A stretch of DNA of 64,000 nucleotides from an uncultured Bacteroidales bacterium (GCA_963725785.1 CAVRZV010000014.1:72713-136712); one strand, 5' to 3'; counted from the stretch's first letter, positions 25,489-36,679 are shown. Translations and numbers: made by a program. Notes: generated by a model not told the origin, from the sequence alone.

Positions 25489-26889
25489 CTATAAATTGTA
25501 TTCCTGGCCTTTGGCAGGTATTTCAATGTTATTAAAACCTTCATTCAATAGTGTTGAAACATACTTCTTCTGAGTTTCATATTCACCATGTACAATAAAC
25601 ATCTTCTCAATCGATTTTTTATCCTGGCACGACAGAAAGCTTATCATTTCCTTATAATCGCCATGACCACTGAATGATTCGATTTTCTTCACCTCAGCTT
25701 TAACAGGATAAATAGTTCCGAATATTGACACTTCTTTGTCTCCTCGTCCAATTCTTGCCCCGAGAGTTGATGGTGCACAGTATCCGACGATAAGAATGGT
25801 GTTCCTGGGATCGGAGATATTATTTGCCAGATGATGTTTCACGCGTCCTGCCTCCATCATGCCTGAAGCAGAAATAATCACACAAGGTTTATTATGATCA
25901 TTGAGCTTTTTCGAATCCTCCACCTTATTTATATAAAACAGATTATCAAATCCGAAAGGATCCGGATCTTTTTCCAGAACATCACTAAAATTCTTATTAA
26001 AACATTCAGGATGCATCCTGAATACAGCTGTTGCGTTCACTGCAAGAGGGCTATCTACAAAAATATCAATCTTCGGTAACTTTCCCTGATTAAAAAAGTT
26101 ATTAAGGGTAAAAACAATTTCCTGGGTGCGTCCAACACTAAAAGCAGGGATTATCAACTTGCCGCCTTTCTTAACACAGGTATCAACTACCACATTTAAC
26201 AACTCTTCTTCAGCCTGTATAGTATCGTTATGCAATCTGTCTCCATAAGTTGATTCAGTAATCAGAATATCGGCCTGGGGGAATAATGTTGGAGGGGCGA
26301 GTATCTGGTCAGCAAGCCTGCCAATATCGCCAGTATAAGCTATCCTTTTAATCTGTCCATTTTCGATTATCTGAATATTAGCGACTCCGCTGCCAAGCAT
26401 GTGTCCTGTATTTGTAAATTTAACTTTTATGTTTTCGTCAATCCTGAAGTTCATCCCATATGGTACACCTATAAATAATTTCATACACGCTGTTGCATCG
26501 GCCTGTGTATATAGAGGTTCTACAAGAGGCAGTCCTTTTTTTACTCTCCGTTTATTAAATGTTAATGTATCGTGCTCCTGAATAAAAGCTGAATCGGCCA
26601 GCATTATTGCACAAAGATCCCTGGTCGCATTTGAACAGATCACTGATCCCCTGAATCCCAGTTTGTAGGCATAAGGAATTAGTCCGGCATGATCAATATG
26701 AGCATGTGTGAGAATAATATGATCTATTTCTGACGGGTCAAACATAAGATCCCTGTTCATTCCATCAGTCTCCAGTCCTTTTCCCTGGAACATACCACAA
26801 TCGAGAAGTATTTTCTTTCCTGAATCTGCTATAATGAGATGTTTGCTTCCGGTCACCTCCCTTGCTGCACCTATAAATTTTATTATCAT
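25489..26889 (-). CDS. MBL-fold beta-CASP family hydrolase (RNA-metabolising type)
   Basis: 466 aa with HAHIDHAG (HxHxDH) and the downstream beta-CASP and RMMBL-like C-terminus (SGHGD). Confidence 0.8.
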   Translation of the reverse strand: MIIKFIGAAREVTGSKHLIIADSGKKILLDCGMFQGKGLETDGMNRDLMFDPSEIDHIILTHAHIDHAGLIPYAYKLGFRGSVICSNATRDLCAIMLADSAFIQEHDTLTFNKRRVKKGLPLVEPLYTQADATACMKLFIGVPYGMNFRIDENIKVKFTNTGHMLGSGVANIQIIENGQIKRIAYTGDIGRLADQILAPPTLFPQADILITESTYGDRLHNDTIQAEEELLNVVVDTCVKKGGKLIIPAFSVGRTQEIVFTLNNFFNQGKLPKIDIFVDSPLAVNATAVFRMHPECFNKNFSDVLEKDPDPFGFDNLFYINKVEDSKKLNDHNKPCVIISASGMMEAGRVKHHLANNISDPRNTILIVGYCAPSTLGARIGRGDKEVSIFGTIYPVKAEVKKIESFSGHGDYKEMISFLSCQDKKSIEKMFIVHGEYETQKKYVSTLLNEGFNNIEIPAKGQEYNL

Positions 26890-26930
26890 TTCAGTATCAA
26901 TTTAGTGTTTAAAGATAGTGAATTAATGGT

Positions 26931-29900
26931 CTATATCCTTACACCTAGTATTGTGACATCGTCGATCTGATCAGTTGACCCCTTCCACTTCTCGAACTCT
27001 TTCTCCAGGATTTTGCGTTGTTCGGCCATTGGCCTGGTATAGATTTCCGATAAAAGTTTTTTCAGATTATATTTCATATATCTTGATCCTCTCGGTCCGC
27101 CAAACTGATCAGCGAACCCGTCTGTAAAGATGTAGATTGTATCTCCTTTTTGCACCTTAATCTCGTAATTTGTGAATGAATCTTTCTCGCCATAGTAAAT
27201 GCCTATTGGCATCCTGTCGGCCCGATATTCTTCAAATATGTCCCCTCTGAAAATACAGAGAGGATTATAAGCCCCTGAAAATTCAAGTATCGTCCGGTTT
27301 TTATGAAGTATACAGAAAGCTACATCCATGCCATCGGTGGCTTCTCCCTGTTTACCAGTCTGGTGAAGCGATGTTTTTATTTTCTCGCGTAACAGACTTA
27401 GTACAGTGTTGGCCTTAAGATTGGAATTATTTGTGATTATCTCGTCTAAAGTCGAGATTCCCAGAGCACTCATAAAGGCACCCGGGACACCGTGACCAGT
27501 GCAGTCTGCAACTGTAAAGAATATTTTCTCTTCATCTTCACCAATCCAGTAAAAATCTCCGCTTACAATATCGCGGGGTTTGAATATTACAAAATAATCT
27601 GAAAATGAATCTCTGAAATGAACTTCCTCAGGAAGCATGGCCATCTGTATCCTGCTTGCATATTCGATACTCGACGTGATCTCAAGTTTTTGAGCTTCTA
27701 TTTTGGCCGTACGCTCCTTTACCTTTGTTTCAAGGATTCGTTTGTCTTTTTTAAGCTGTCTTTCCCTGAATCTTACTACTCCAATCAATGTAAACAGGGC
27801 AGCCCCCAACAATAATATATAAAAAATTGTTTTTTGGGTGAAGGGTGCTTCAATTGTGAATCCAACAATTTTAGGTTCACTTACGTTACCCCAGATATCT
27901 TTTGCCCTAACCTGTAGCGTATATTTACCGGGCTTCATCATCAGGCTTACAGTATTGTTGATTGACCACTTTGACCATTCAGTCATTTCATTGTCGACAA
28001 TATATTGATACTGAGTTGAATTCTGCTTGATATATCCCGGTGCCACAAGATCAAAATACACAGTATTATCTCCACTGCCAAACACGATATCGGAAAGTTT
28101 AATATAAAGTCCCTTAGCATTGGAGATACTTCTGATAAACAGATCAATATCGGTTTTTATTGAAGGTATTTTGTTTCTGATAATTCTGTAAAGAAGATTG
28201 TCCCCGCTTACAATCCATATATTATCCCTATCGGTATATATTGAACTAAGATTATCAAAAATTTTAAGCAGAGCTTTATCATTATTGGTAATGACACCTG
28301 AAGAACCAATGTTATTCCATTCATCTTCAGTCTTTACCCAGGAAATTTCCGGCTGAGATAATATATATTTTATCCTGGAACCAATATTTGAATATTTCTT
28401 ATTATATTCTTTAAAAGAATCAGAGCCTTTATCAAAATAACTCACACCCGATAATGTAAATAGAAAAACGGTATCGTTAACATATCTGACAGTACATCTC
28501 TGAGGCAAATCACTCTTAATACTATACTGCTGGAAATTGACTGAAGAATTAACATCTGTAATACTTATTTTGTACACGATATCGTCGCTGCCTGCCCAGA
28601 TATTATTTTCATCTGTCGAAATAATTGAATATATGGGGTGAGTGAATAATTTATCAGGATATACAACCTTCCATTTTCCGCTTTTATCTGGTGTAACATA
28701 AAAGTAGCCTTCAGCCGATCCGACATAGTACTTATTATTCTTCGATCCGGAACTCAAGCTATTAATATATCTGTCATTCACAATTACTTTGGCATAATGC
28801 CCGGATATGACATACAGGCCTTTGTTTGTTGTGGCCAAAATTTCATTTCCTGCAGAGATCATCTGCTTGCACTTCTCATTCAGACCGTCAACTTTGGTAA
28901 AGACCCAATTAATAGATTTGAGCCTGCCGGCTATCTTTTTAACATATTTTGGTTCCTGAAGTTTCATAACCGGAGGAGTTATAACGTGCAGCTGTTGTTC
29001 CTGAGTAACCTGTTGTTCAGCTTTTTTGCCAAAAATCTTCGCAAATATACTTTTCCGGGTTTTCTGCGGTTCCTTCATCAGTTGCTGAACAGGTGCATTT
29101 CGGACAACAGGCTGGTCAATCATTCCTGCAGCTGCTTCATTTTGAACAAGCACTTCAACTTCTGAATATTTCTTGATTTCTTTAAGATAAAATACCCCTT
29201 CGCTGGATGCCACATATAATTCATTGTTATGCCAGAGAGAAGTAATAAGATTCCCCTTCAGTCCGGGATAAATACTAAAATTGCCGATTGGCAACCTTAG
29301 ATCAGCACGTGTAAGCCCATATTGATGAGAAAGCCAGAGACCGTTATTATTATCAACTCCAAGAGCAAAGATCTCATCATCGGGTAATCCATTTACATAA
29401 TTGATCGTACATATTAGTTTGCCACTCTTTTTTTCAACAACCAGTGCTCCACCATCAAGTGTTGAAAAAGCATACAGGCTATCTGATATTGCTAATCCTT
29501 CAGAAAGAATACTTTGCCTGAGATAGCCATCATCTTTTATCGGATAATTATAGAATTTTATTCCATCAAACAGAGTTAGTTCACCATTGCTTTTTCCTAA
29601 TAACACAAGGTTTTTATTGTAAGGAAGGCTGAATAATATCTCCTCATTTTCAAGCATATAACCAGTAACAATAGGGAACAATGTATCGCTCTCAAGCCTG
29701 TATAGTCCTTTTGAGAAGACATTAATGAAAGTGTTCTTCGGGGTAATAAACATCCCGGTAAAAAGCATGTTATCCTTTTCTCTGAGTCGTAACTCAAGCT
29801 TTTCCGTTTTAATATTATGCCTGCTTATACTTTGTTCACTATAGAAATAAACAGTTGAGTCTGTTAGAATTATCCTGGATATAAGTCCGACTAATGAGGA

Positions 29901-30242
29901 ATCTCCTGAGATCGAATGGTATCTGTAAATTCCCTTATCATCCCTGGCGAGATACCCATAATTGTTATCTCCTCCCACATACACTTTTCTTTCAACAGGA
30001 CTGTATTTAAGTGAATAAGGAATTGTTGGAATGGGGATGAAATTCCAACTTTGCCCGTCAAAAGCAAGAATACCACGTCTGTTTGCAAACAGCATTACAT
30101 TGTTGTCATCCTGACAGATAGCCCAGTTCTGGTTTTCAATTTCAACGCTTTCCTTAAAATTAGTAAGTAAAGGTGCCCCTTCCTGAGCATCAAGTGCATA
30201 AAAGATAAATATTAAAAACCCCAGTGAAAATAACTTCCTCAT
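26931..30242 (-). CDS. Sensor protein: periplasmic two-component-regulator propeller / Y_Y_Y region, one TM helix, cytoplasmic PP2C-type SpoIIE phosphatase domain
   Basis: 1103-aa intact ORF with a signal peptide and a long beta-propeller-like N-region, then TM segment IFYILLLGAALFTLIGVV and a coiled coil. The SpoIIE/PP2C motifs are SGDFYW, ADCTGHGVPGA and TDGFADQFGG. Confidence 0.8.
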   Translation of the reverse strand: MRKLFSLGFLIFIFYALDAQEGAPLLTNFKESVEIENQNWAICQDDNNVMLFANRRGILAFDGQSWNFIPIPTIPYSLKYSPVERKVYVGGDNNYGYLARDDKGIYRYHSISGDSSLVGLISRIILTDSTVYFYSEQSISRHNIKTEKLELRLREKDNMLFTGMFITPKNTFINVFSKGLYRLESDTLFPIVTGYMLENEEILFSLPYNKNLVLLGKSNGELTLFDGIKFYNYPIKDDGYLRQSILSEGLAISDSLYAFSTLDGGALVVEKKSGKLICTINYVNGLPDDEIFALGVDNNNGLWLSHQYGLTRADLRLPIGNFSIYPGLKGNLITSLWHNNELYVASSEGVFYLKEIKKYSEVEVLVQNEAAAGMIDQPVVRNAPVQQLMKEPQKTRKSIFAKIFGKKAEQQVTQEQQLHVITPPVMKLQEPKYVKKIAGRLKSINWVFTKVDGLNEKCKQMISAGNEILATTNKGLYVISGHYAKVIVNDRYINSLSSGSKNNKYYVGSAEGYFYVTPDKSGKWKVVYPDKLFTHPIYSIISTDENNIWAGSDDIVYKISITDVNSSVNFQQYSIKSDLPQRCTVRYVNDTVFLFTLSGVSYFDKGSDSFKEYNKKYSNIGSRIKYILSQPEISWVKTEDEWNNIGSSGVITNNDKALLKIFDNLSSIYTDRDNIWIVSGDNLLYRIIRNKIPSIKTDIDLFIRSISNAKGLYIKLSDIVFGSGDNTVYFDLVAPGYIKQNSTQYQYIVDNEMTEWSKWSINNTVSLMMKPGKYTLQVRAKDIWGNVSEPKIVGFTIEAPFTQKTIFYILLLGAALFTLIGVVRFRERQLKKDKRILETKVKERTAKIEAQKLEITSSIEYASRIQMAMLPEEVHFRDSFSDYFVIFKPRDIVSGDFYWIGEDEEKIFFTVADCTGHGVPGAFMSALGISTLDEIITNNSNLKANTVLSLLREKIKTSLHQTGKQGEATDGMDVAFCILHKNRTILEFSGAYNPLCIFRGDIFEEYRADRMPIGIYYGEKDSFTNYEIKVQKGDTIYIFTDGFADQFGGPRGSRYMKYNLKKLLSEIYTRPMAEQRKILEKEFEKWKGSTDQIDDVTILGVRI

Positions 30243-30330
30243 CCTAATCGGTCCTCAGTTTAATCAGCCTCTTTTCTGAAGTTTAAAATTAAAATAAAAA
30301 ATTGAAAACTAATAAGTCGGAAGCCGGAAG

Positions 30331-31443
30331 TCAGGAGCCTTCAAAATCTTGTTCCGGTGTCAACGGAAATTTAACAGGTACGTTTTCACGGGAGGAACGA
30401 TATATAGCGGAGAAAAGCTCGACTGTCCTTCGACCATCCTCACCTGTTACAGCAGGTTCAGTCCCATTAGCGATTGAACTTAGAAAATCCTCTATCTGAA
30501 ATTGTATATATCTTATTGTAGTATCGCAATTATTAAAAGTCTCAGTATCATTCAATATCCATTGCTGTAAAAGATTTTCCTCGCCAGGGATTGTCCACAG
30601 ATCATTAACCGGAGGTTCGGCAACACCAGTCTTTCCGGCAATGAACATTGCCCCGCCATCCGTTTTCACTCCTGCAGATGCACCATTTTCGCCATGCACA
30701 TGTACATTTCCGTAAAAACCAGGTTTCTGCGAGTTACTCACAAGTATATTTCCGATAGCACCACTTTTAAATTTCAAAATAGCTAAAGCTGTATCATCAA
30801 CTTCAATATACGGGTGATTAAGGTTCCTCCAGATACCATAAACCTCATCGATTTCCCCCATATACCATAAAAGCAAATCAAGCTGGTGGGGAGACTGATT
30901 TACAAGTACACCCCCACCTTCAGTTTTCCACTTTCCCCTCCAATCATCGGAATCGTAGTAAGCCTTATCGCGCCAGCCGAGCAACGTGACAGTTGCAAGT
31001 ACTGGTTTCCCTAACTTTCCATTTTCAATTGCTTTTTTAACTCTTATTGCCGGTTCGTACCATCTGCGCTGACTTATTACACCTAATCTGACATTATATT
31101 CTTTACATTTTTTGATTATATCATCGCACTCCTGAAGTCCCGGGGCAAGTGGTTTTTCAACAAGTACATTAGCACCAGCTAAAGCTGCCTCAATGGCAGG
31201 TTGTTTATGATATGGATGAGCAGTACACACAATTACGAGGTCAGATTTGTTTTCATTTACCATCTCTGATATAGATGAACAGGCATTTGTATTGTAGACA
31301 TCCGCAAATTCTTTTGCTTTCTGGCTTGTTCTGTTCCAAACCCCTGCAAGCCTGGCATTTGGAATACTCTGAATTGCTTTAGCATGCAGATGGGCTACCT
31401 TACTGCATCCGGCAATCGAAATATTGTAAATTCTTTCAGTCAT
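30331..31443 (-). CDS. Gfo/Idh/MocA family oxidoreductase
   Basis: The N-terminal Rossmann fold IAGCSKVAHLHAKAI..., the EKPLA motif (VLVEKPLAPG) and the C-terminal alpha/beta domain. Confidence 0.85.
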   Translation of the reverse strand: MTERIYNISIAGCSKVAHLHAKAIQSIPNARLAGVWNRTSQKAKEFADVYNTNACSSISEMVNENKSDLVIVCTAHPYHKQPAIEAALAGANVLVEKPLAPGLQECDDIIKKCKEYNVRLGVISQRRWYEPAIRVKKAIENGKLGKPVLATVTLLGWRDKAYYDSDDWRGKWKTEGGGVLVNQSPHQLDLLLWYMGEIDEVYGIWRNLNHPYIEVDDTALAILKFKSGAIGNILVSNSQKPGFYGNVHVHGENGASAGVKTDGGAMFIAGKTGVAEPPVNDLWTIPGEENLLQQWILNDTETFNNCDTTIRYIQFQIEDFLSSIANGTEPAVTGEDGRRTVELFSAIYRSSRENVPVKFPLTPEQDFEGS

Positions 31444-31546
31444 CTTTCAAAATAAGGGTATAAGAATTATTTGCAGGGCCAAGCTATGGCGTGGCCAGAT
31501 CAGAAATTTAGATCCTCCGGAAGGGATAAGGAAATATCCAATCTGG

Positions 31547-32620
31547 CTATTTATTAATATCCATGTGTATTTCACTTACAGATTTGATTGCCCTGTCAGA
31601 GAAAAAATCTGCCGCGCTGAATACTCTGAAAAGACCTCCGTCTTCTTCAGGATCAGATTGGATCAGCATTAATTCCTGCTGATCATTCCGGTTGAATAGT
31701 TCAGAATACGATATAGCACACCTGTAACCATCTGTCCCTGCTATGCATACAATTCCTGATTTTATATTCTCTCTGGTTACAGGATAATACTTCAGGAGGA
31801 GATCTTTCAGTAAGATACCGGTAAAGGGTGTTGTACTGTGAATGCCTTTTCCTCTCCCGTAAAATATTGAGTTAAAAGTCAGGTTTTGAAGGTTTTTTGG
31901 AAGAGCCTCAATCTGACCAACACTGACAGAAGATTTGAAAATATCTATCCGTGATGAATACATCGGTGCCAAACCTTGTTTTACAGTAAAGGAGTGCGGA
32001 TACGATTTAATTGTGATCTTTACCGGGGACGATATGTTTCTTTCAGTCACAAGATCGTTCGCTGCTACAATTTTGCTCTCAACAGGAAGTGGCCAGAGTT
32101 CTTTTGTCTTTGAGGGCACTATTCTCGATACTCCACTGGCTATAAGTATCTTATGAAGATTATTGGGATAATATATTTCACCCCAGCTAAAAACAACTTT
32201 TTCACCTTTCTCATTTTCAATTTCAACATATAAATCTATTATAGGCTTGAACTCATCTATGTTTGCCTTTTTCAATATACTTTTGTCAAGAATGTCAAAA
32301 AGTGAATACCCGTCATATCTATAAGCGCCTGTAAATCTATCACTACCAGAGTTATCCAGCAATGTCTCCTTAACAATAACAGAATGCACCGGCAGGTTTG
32401 CAAAATCAATCTTACCCGGATTAGCCACTTCACCGTCAATGAATAATTCTTTTACAGTCAGCGGAAACGTTTCAGCATTATCATAAAAATTATTTGTCAT
32501 ATCGGATGTATCGATAAATTGTGTTACAATTTTTTTTCTGTTATCCGGCGTTTGTTTTGGTGATATGTTACACGAAATCAAACATAAGAAAATAAAAAGG
32601 AAGAGGAACAAGTTTTTCAT
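31547..32620 (-). CDS. Hypothetical lipoprotein with two internally repeated domains (weak resemblance to molybdopterin-oxidoreductase-like folds)
   Basis: Lipobox CLISC. The pattern recurs twice: FTGAYRYDGYSLFDILD and FTGILLKDLLLKYYP...DGYRCAISYSELF. The function is not supportable from sequence alone. Confidence 0.6.
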   Translation of the reverse strand: MKNLFLFLFIFLCLISCNISPKQTPDNRKKIVTQFIDTSDMTNNFYDNAETFPLTVKELFIDGEVANPGKIDFANLPVHSVIVKETLLDNSGSDRFTGAYRYDGYSLFDILDKSILKKANIDEFKPIIDLYVEIENEKGEKVVFSWGEIYYPNNLHKILIASGVSRIVPSKTKELWPLPVESKIVAANDLVTERNISSPVKITIKSYPHSFTVKQGLAPMYSSRIDIFKSSVSVGQIEALPKNLQNLTFNSIFYGRGKGIHSTTPFTGILLKDLLLKYYPVTRENIKSGIVCIAGTDGYRCAISYSELFNRNDQQELMLIQSDPEEDGGLFRVFSAADFFSDRAIKSVSEIHMDINK

Positions 32621-32654
32621 AGCATAAATAATTATTAGATGTAATTAGTTTCAT

Positions 32655-32717
32655 GTTGCTGGTTGCTGGTTGCTGGTTGCTGGTTACTGGTTACTGGTTG
32701 CTTGTTGCTGGTTGCGG
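32655..32717. repeat. Tandem heptamer (gttgctg) x9
   Basis: gttgctg x4, gttactg x2, gttgctt, gttgctg, gttgcgg. It lies between the glycerate kinase stop and the lipoprotein gene start on the minus strand. Confidence 0.9.
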
Positions 32718-32740
32718 ATTTGTGTGCTGCGCTCTTGAAA

Positions 32741-34081
32741 TTATTCAACAATCACCACAATAATGTCCATAACATTGGTCATTGTCGGTCCTGTAATTAT
32801 ATGACCACCTGCTTTTTTAAAGAAATGGAATGAGTCGAATGCTGTGAGATACTTTTCGGGATCAAGGTTTTTTGCATACGCTTCAGGTATAGTTTCTGAA
32901 TCTACAACGGCTCCTGCGACATCCGTTGATCCGTCATTACCATCTGTTCCCGCTGAAAGTATTGTAATGCCGGGATTTTTTTGAAGAAGAATAGCTGATA
33001 ACAGCGCTAAATGCTGATTTCTTCCCCCGGCCCCTTTTCCTGTCATTTTAACCGTAGTTTCTCCACCAAACAGAAGGCAGACTGGTTTTATTTCTTCGTT
33101 ATCATTTTTAAAATTTAATGAAGTTTCAACTATATACTCCGCAACTGTCGAAATATCACCCTGCAACTGATCGTCAACTATAATTGCATTTATATTGAAT
33201 TCAAATGCTTTGCTCTTTGCCGATTCAAGAGCAACTCTGTTGGATCCCACCAGTAAATTGAATGTTCTGTCAAAAACATGATCACCGGGTTTTGGAGTTT
33301 CCGGCCTCTTTCCTAAAGCTCCTCCTTGTAAAAAATCAACTATCCTTCGGGGGGCAGATTCTTTTAATCCGAAGGTTTCCAGAACTATCAGGGCCTGCTG
33401 AAATGTTGTTGGATCCGGAACAGTTGGTCCGGAAGCTATTACATCCAGCGCATCCCCCGGAACATCTGACAAAATAAGCGTAACCAGAGTAGCAGGATAA
33501 ACGATCCTCGCTAACTGACCTCCCTTTATAACTGATAAATGTTTACGAACTGCATTAATCTCACTGATGCTTGCACCACTATTTATCAGAAGATCAATAA
33601 CTTTTTTTACATCTCCCGGAGACAGATCTCCTGAAACATCAGGAAGAAGGGATGAGCCGCCACCCGATAAAAGACATATTACCAGGTCACTGCTATCAGC
33701 CATTTCAGCAATTCTAAGTATTGCCTCAGTGGCCTTGAATCCGTTTGCATCAGGCACAGGATGATCAGCTTCTGAGACTTTAATATATTTCAATTTACAG
33801 GAATGACCATATTTCACCACTATATGCCCTTCAGTAATAGACTCACCAAGAACCTTTTCTACTTCTGCCCCCATCATTGCACTGGCTTTACCTGCACCTA
33901 TCACATATATATTTTCAAATGTTTCCAATGAAAAACTCAGATCACCGATATTCAAAATATTATCTTTCAGGCTCATCACGGGAGTAATCAACCTGTCAGG
34001 CATAACACTTTCAACCCCGGCCAGGAAGATCTTCTCAGCTATTGTTTTGAAATTGATCTCATCGTTTTTCATATCTGGCAA
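32741..34081 (-). CDS. Glycerate 2-kinase (DUF4147 + MOFRL family)
   Basis: 446 aa with GAGKASAMM, LLSGGGSSLL and a C-terminal MOFRL region (GTDGNDGSTDVAGAVV). Confidence 0.8.
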   Translation of the reverse strand: MPDMKNDEINFKTIAEKIFLAGVESVMPDRLITPVMSLKDNILNIGDLSFSLETFENIYVIGAGKASAMMGAEVEKVLGESITEGHIVVKYGHSCKLKYIKVSEADHPVPDANGFKATEAILRIAEMADSSDLVICLLSGGGSSLLPDVSGDLSPGDVKKVIDLLINSGASISEINAVRKHLSVIKGGQLARIVYPATLVTLILSDVPGDALDVIASGPTVPDPTTFQQALIVLETFGLKESAPRRIVDFLQGGALGKRPETPKPGDHVFDRTFNLLVGSNRVALESAKSKAFEFNINAIIVDDQLQGDISTVAEYIVETSLNFKNDNEEIKPVCLLFGGETTVKMTGKGAGGRNQHLALLSAILLQKNPGITILSAGTDGNDGSTDVAGAVVDSETIPEAYAKNLDPEKYLTAFDSFHFFKKAGGHIITGPTMTNVMDIIVVIVE

Positions 34082-34105
34082 CTGACAATTAATATTCGGG
34101 ATATC

Positions 34106-35437
34106 TTATAAAATTATTAATGATGCTATCCAGACACAGGTGAATACAACTATGCCCATTATTAAAGTGGACGAAGAATATACTTTAAGTGTAATAGCAG
34201 GATCGATTTCGGAAAAATTAGAGATAACCCAGAAGTAGGAGTCATTTGCATGAGATACAATCATTGAACCAGCTCCCATCGATAGCATTGTGAGAAGTCT
34301 GCCCGACTCCGTGTCCAGACCCAGGATGGACAACATTGGAGCTACGAATGATGCAGTAGTGATTATCGCAATGGTAGATGAACCCTGGGCAGTTTTCATA
34401 ACAATAGCTATAAGAAACGGGACAATTATACCGATGTTTATACCTGCCAGCATTTTCCCCACAGCATCCCCTACACCTGTTCCTTTGATTACCATTCCGA
34501 ACATTCCCCCGGCTGCAGTGATGATTAATATCGGGCCTGCTTTTTCAATCGCCTCCCTGAAAACAGAATTTATGGATGCAATAGTCTTGTCCTTAATTAA
34601 GAACATTGCCAGAACAACTCCTATTGAGAGAGCAAATATCGGTTCGCCAGGAAAATAAAATATTCTCGAGAAAAAAGATTGTCCCTCTTTGTCGACCAGA
34701 GTAAGTAACGATTTAATTGTTATCAGTAATAGCGGAACCACGATCGGAAGAAATGATAAAAATGTAGAAGGCAGTTTCTCTTGCGACATAGCCAAATCTG
34801 CCTCAGGTACTACTGCTGGCTTATACCCCTTACCCTTACACAATCTACGGCTCCAGAAAAAAGAAGCTATTGTTCCTGGTATGGCAAATACAATTCCAAT
34901 CAGGATCAGATTTCCGATATTTACTTTAATTATTGCTGATGCAGCAAGGGCACCCGGATGAGGAGGAATAAGACAGTGTACTGAATAAAGTGCCGTTGCC
35001 AGTACGGTTGCCATAAATGGCATTGCTATCCTCGATTTTGAACTGAATGATTTGGCCAGGCCACTCAGGATAATGAATCCGGAATCGCAAAAAATTGGTA
35101 ATCCCGTAATAAACCCCGTGATCGCAAGTGCTGGGGCACTATTTTGATCGCCTGTTTTAGAAAGGATATATTTTGCTATACTGATTATTCCTCCCGTTTT
35201 GTCGAGAGTGATACCGATAATTGCACCCAGAATAATCAGGAAACCGATAGATCCCATCGTGTTTCCAAACCCTTCCTTAATTGTACTGACGATTATATTC
35301 GCCGGCAGGGTAGCAAATGCCAGAAACAGAGATACAAGAAACAAGGCAATAAATGCATTCAGTTTCGTTTTTGAAGTAAGAACTATTATAGCGATAATGC
35401 TGATACCGACCAGTGTTGAGGTTAATGCAATGCTCAT
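34106..35437 (-). CDS. GntP family (gluconate/sugar-acid:H+) permease
   Basis: 443 aa, polytopic. The N-terminal pattern ...IKEGFGNTMGSIGFLIILGAIIGITLDKTGG is typical of GntP transporters. Confidence 0.8.
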   Translation of the reverse strand: MSIALTSTLVGISIIAIIVLTSKTKLNAFIALFLVSLFLAFATLPANIIVSTIKEGFGNTMGSIGFLIILGAIIGITLDKTGGIISIAKYILSKTGDQNSAPALAITGFITGLPIFCDSGFIILSGLAKSFSSKSRIAMPFMATVLATALYSVHCLIPPHPGALAASAIIKVNIGNLILIGIVFAIPGTIASFFWSRRLCKGKGYKPAVVPEADLAMSQEKLPSTFLSFLPIVVPLLLITIKSLLTLVDKEGQSFFSRIFYFPGEPIFALSIGVVLAMFLIKDKTIASINSVFREAIEKAGPILIITAAGGMFGMVIKGTGVGDAVGKMLAGINIGIIVPFLIAIVMKTAQGSSTIAIITTASFVAPMLSILGLDTESGRLLTMLSMGAGSMIVSHANDSYFWVISNFSEIDPAITLKVYSSSTLIMGIVVFTCVWIASLIIL

Positions 35438-35446
35438 AAATATTGT

Positions 35447-36679
35447 TTATGTGAAGAAAAGATATGCGACCAATATCGCTGTCGTGAACCCCGCAAGATC
35501 AGCAAGTAATCCGCATCCGATAGAATACCGTGTATTCTTTATTCCTACAGAACCAAAATAGACTGCAACAATATAAAAAGTCGTATCGGTAGTTCCCTGC
35601 ATTATACAGGATAATCTTCCAATGAAAGAATCTGCACCGTTTATTTTCATGGCATCAATCATCAGACCGCGTGAACCACTTCCAGACAGTGGTTTCATCA
35701 GTGCTACAGGCAATGCTCCTGTGAACTGAGTATCTAATCCAATCCATGTAAAAAATTTGGATATGCCTGCAATAATGAAATCCATGGCCCCTGAAGCTCT
35801 GAAAATCCCAATAGCCACAAGGATTGCAACAAGGAAAGGGATAATCCTTATTGCAGTATTAAAACCCTCTTTAGCTCCTTCAATGAATGCATCATATACA
35901 TTCACCTTCTTTATGAATGCCAATACAATAAAAAGTATAATAATCGACATCAGAATAAAATTCGCTGCGAAGGTCGAAATCGTTGATATCTCCTCTTTGG
36001 GAAGACTGCTGAAATAGATAATTATACCGACGACTATTGCTGAAAGACCACCCAGGTAAGCCAGAATAACCTTATCGATAAGATTGATTTTCTGAATTAT
36101 AGCAACACTTATCATTCCTGTAAGAGAGGCGGCAAAAGTCGAAATAAGTATTGGAATAAAGATGTCGGCAGGATTGACAGCCCCGAGCTGTGTCCTGTAA
36201 ACGATAATGCTCACAGGGATAATTGTGAGACCGGCAGCATTCAGAACAAGGAACATGATCTGAGCATTCGAAGCAGTCTCTTTATCGGGATTAACCTCCT
36301 GCATCTCTTTCATTGCTTTTAAGCCGACAGGTGTAGCAGCATTGTCGAGTCCAAGCATATTGGCGGAAATATTGAGCATTATGGATCCATAAGCCGGATG
36401 ACCCCTGGGGAGTCCGGGAAATAGTTTTTCAAAAAGAGGACCGATAAGTCTTCCAAGGATTGCAACTACTCCCCCCTTCTCTCCCACTTTTAACAGACCC
36501 ATCCATAACGTTAGCGCACCAGTCAATCCAAGTGAAACTTCGAAGCCGGTTTTTGCATTTGAGAATACAGAATTTACCAGATCGTTGAATATTTGGGTAT
36601 TGCCGGCAAATATCAACTGACCCAGAGCTACAATGAATCCAATAATAAAGAATGCAATCCAGATATAATTTAATGCCAT
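35447..36679 (-). CDS. Nucleoside-recognition (Gate) domain membrane protein, fused SpmA/SpmB-like
   Basis: 410 aa, polytopic, with two Gate-like halves. It lies 9 nt upstream of the GntP gene. Confidence 0.7.
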   Translation of the reverse strand: MALNYIWIAFFIIGFIVALGQLIFAGNTQIFNDLVNSVFSNAKTGFEVSLGLTGALTLWMGLLKVGEKGGVVAILGRLIGPLFEKLFPGLPRGHPAYGSIMLNISANMLGLDNAATPVGLKAMKEMQEVNPDKETASNAQIMFLVLNAAGLTIIPVSIIVYRTQLGAVNPADIFIPILISTFAASLTGMISVAIIQKINLIDKVILAYLGGLSAIVVGIIIYFSSLPKEEISTISTFAANFILMSIIILFIVLAFIKKVNVYDAFIEGAKEGFNTAIRIIPFLVAILVAIGIFRASGAMDFIIAGISKFFTWIGLDTQFTGALPVALMKPLSGSGSRGLMIDAMKINGADSFIGRLSCIMQGTTDTTFYIVAVYFGSVGIKNTRYSIGCGLLADLAGFTTAILVAYLFFT

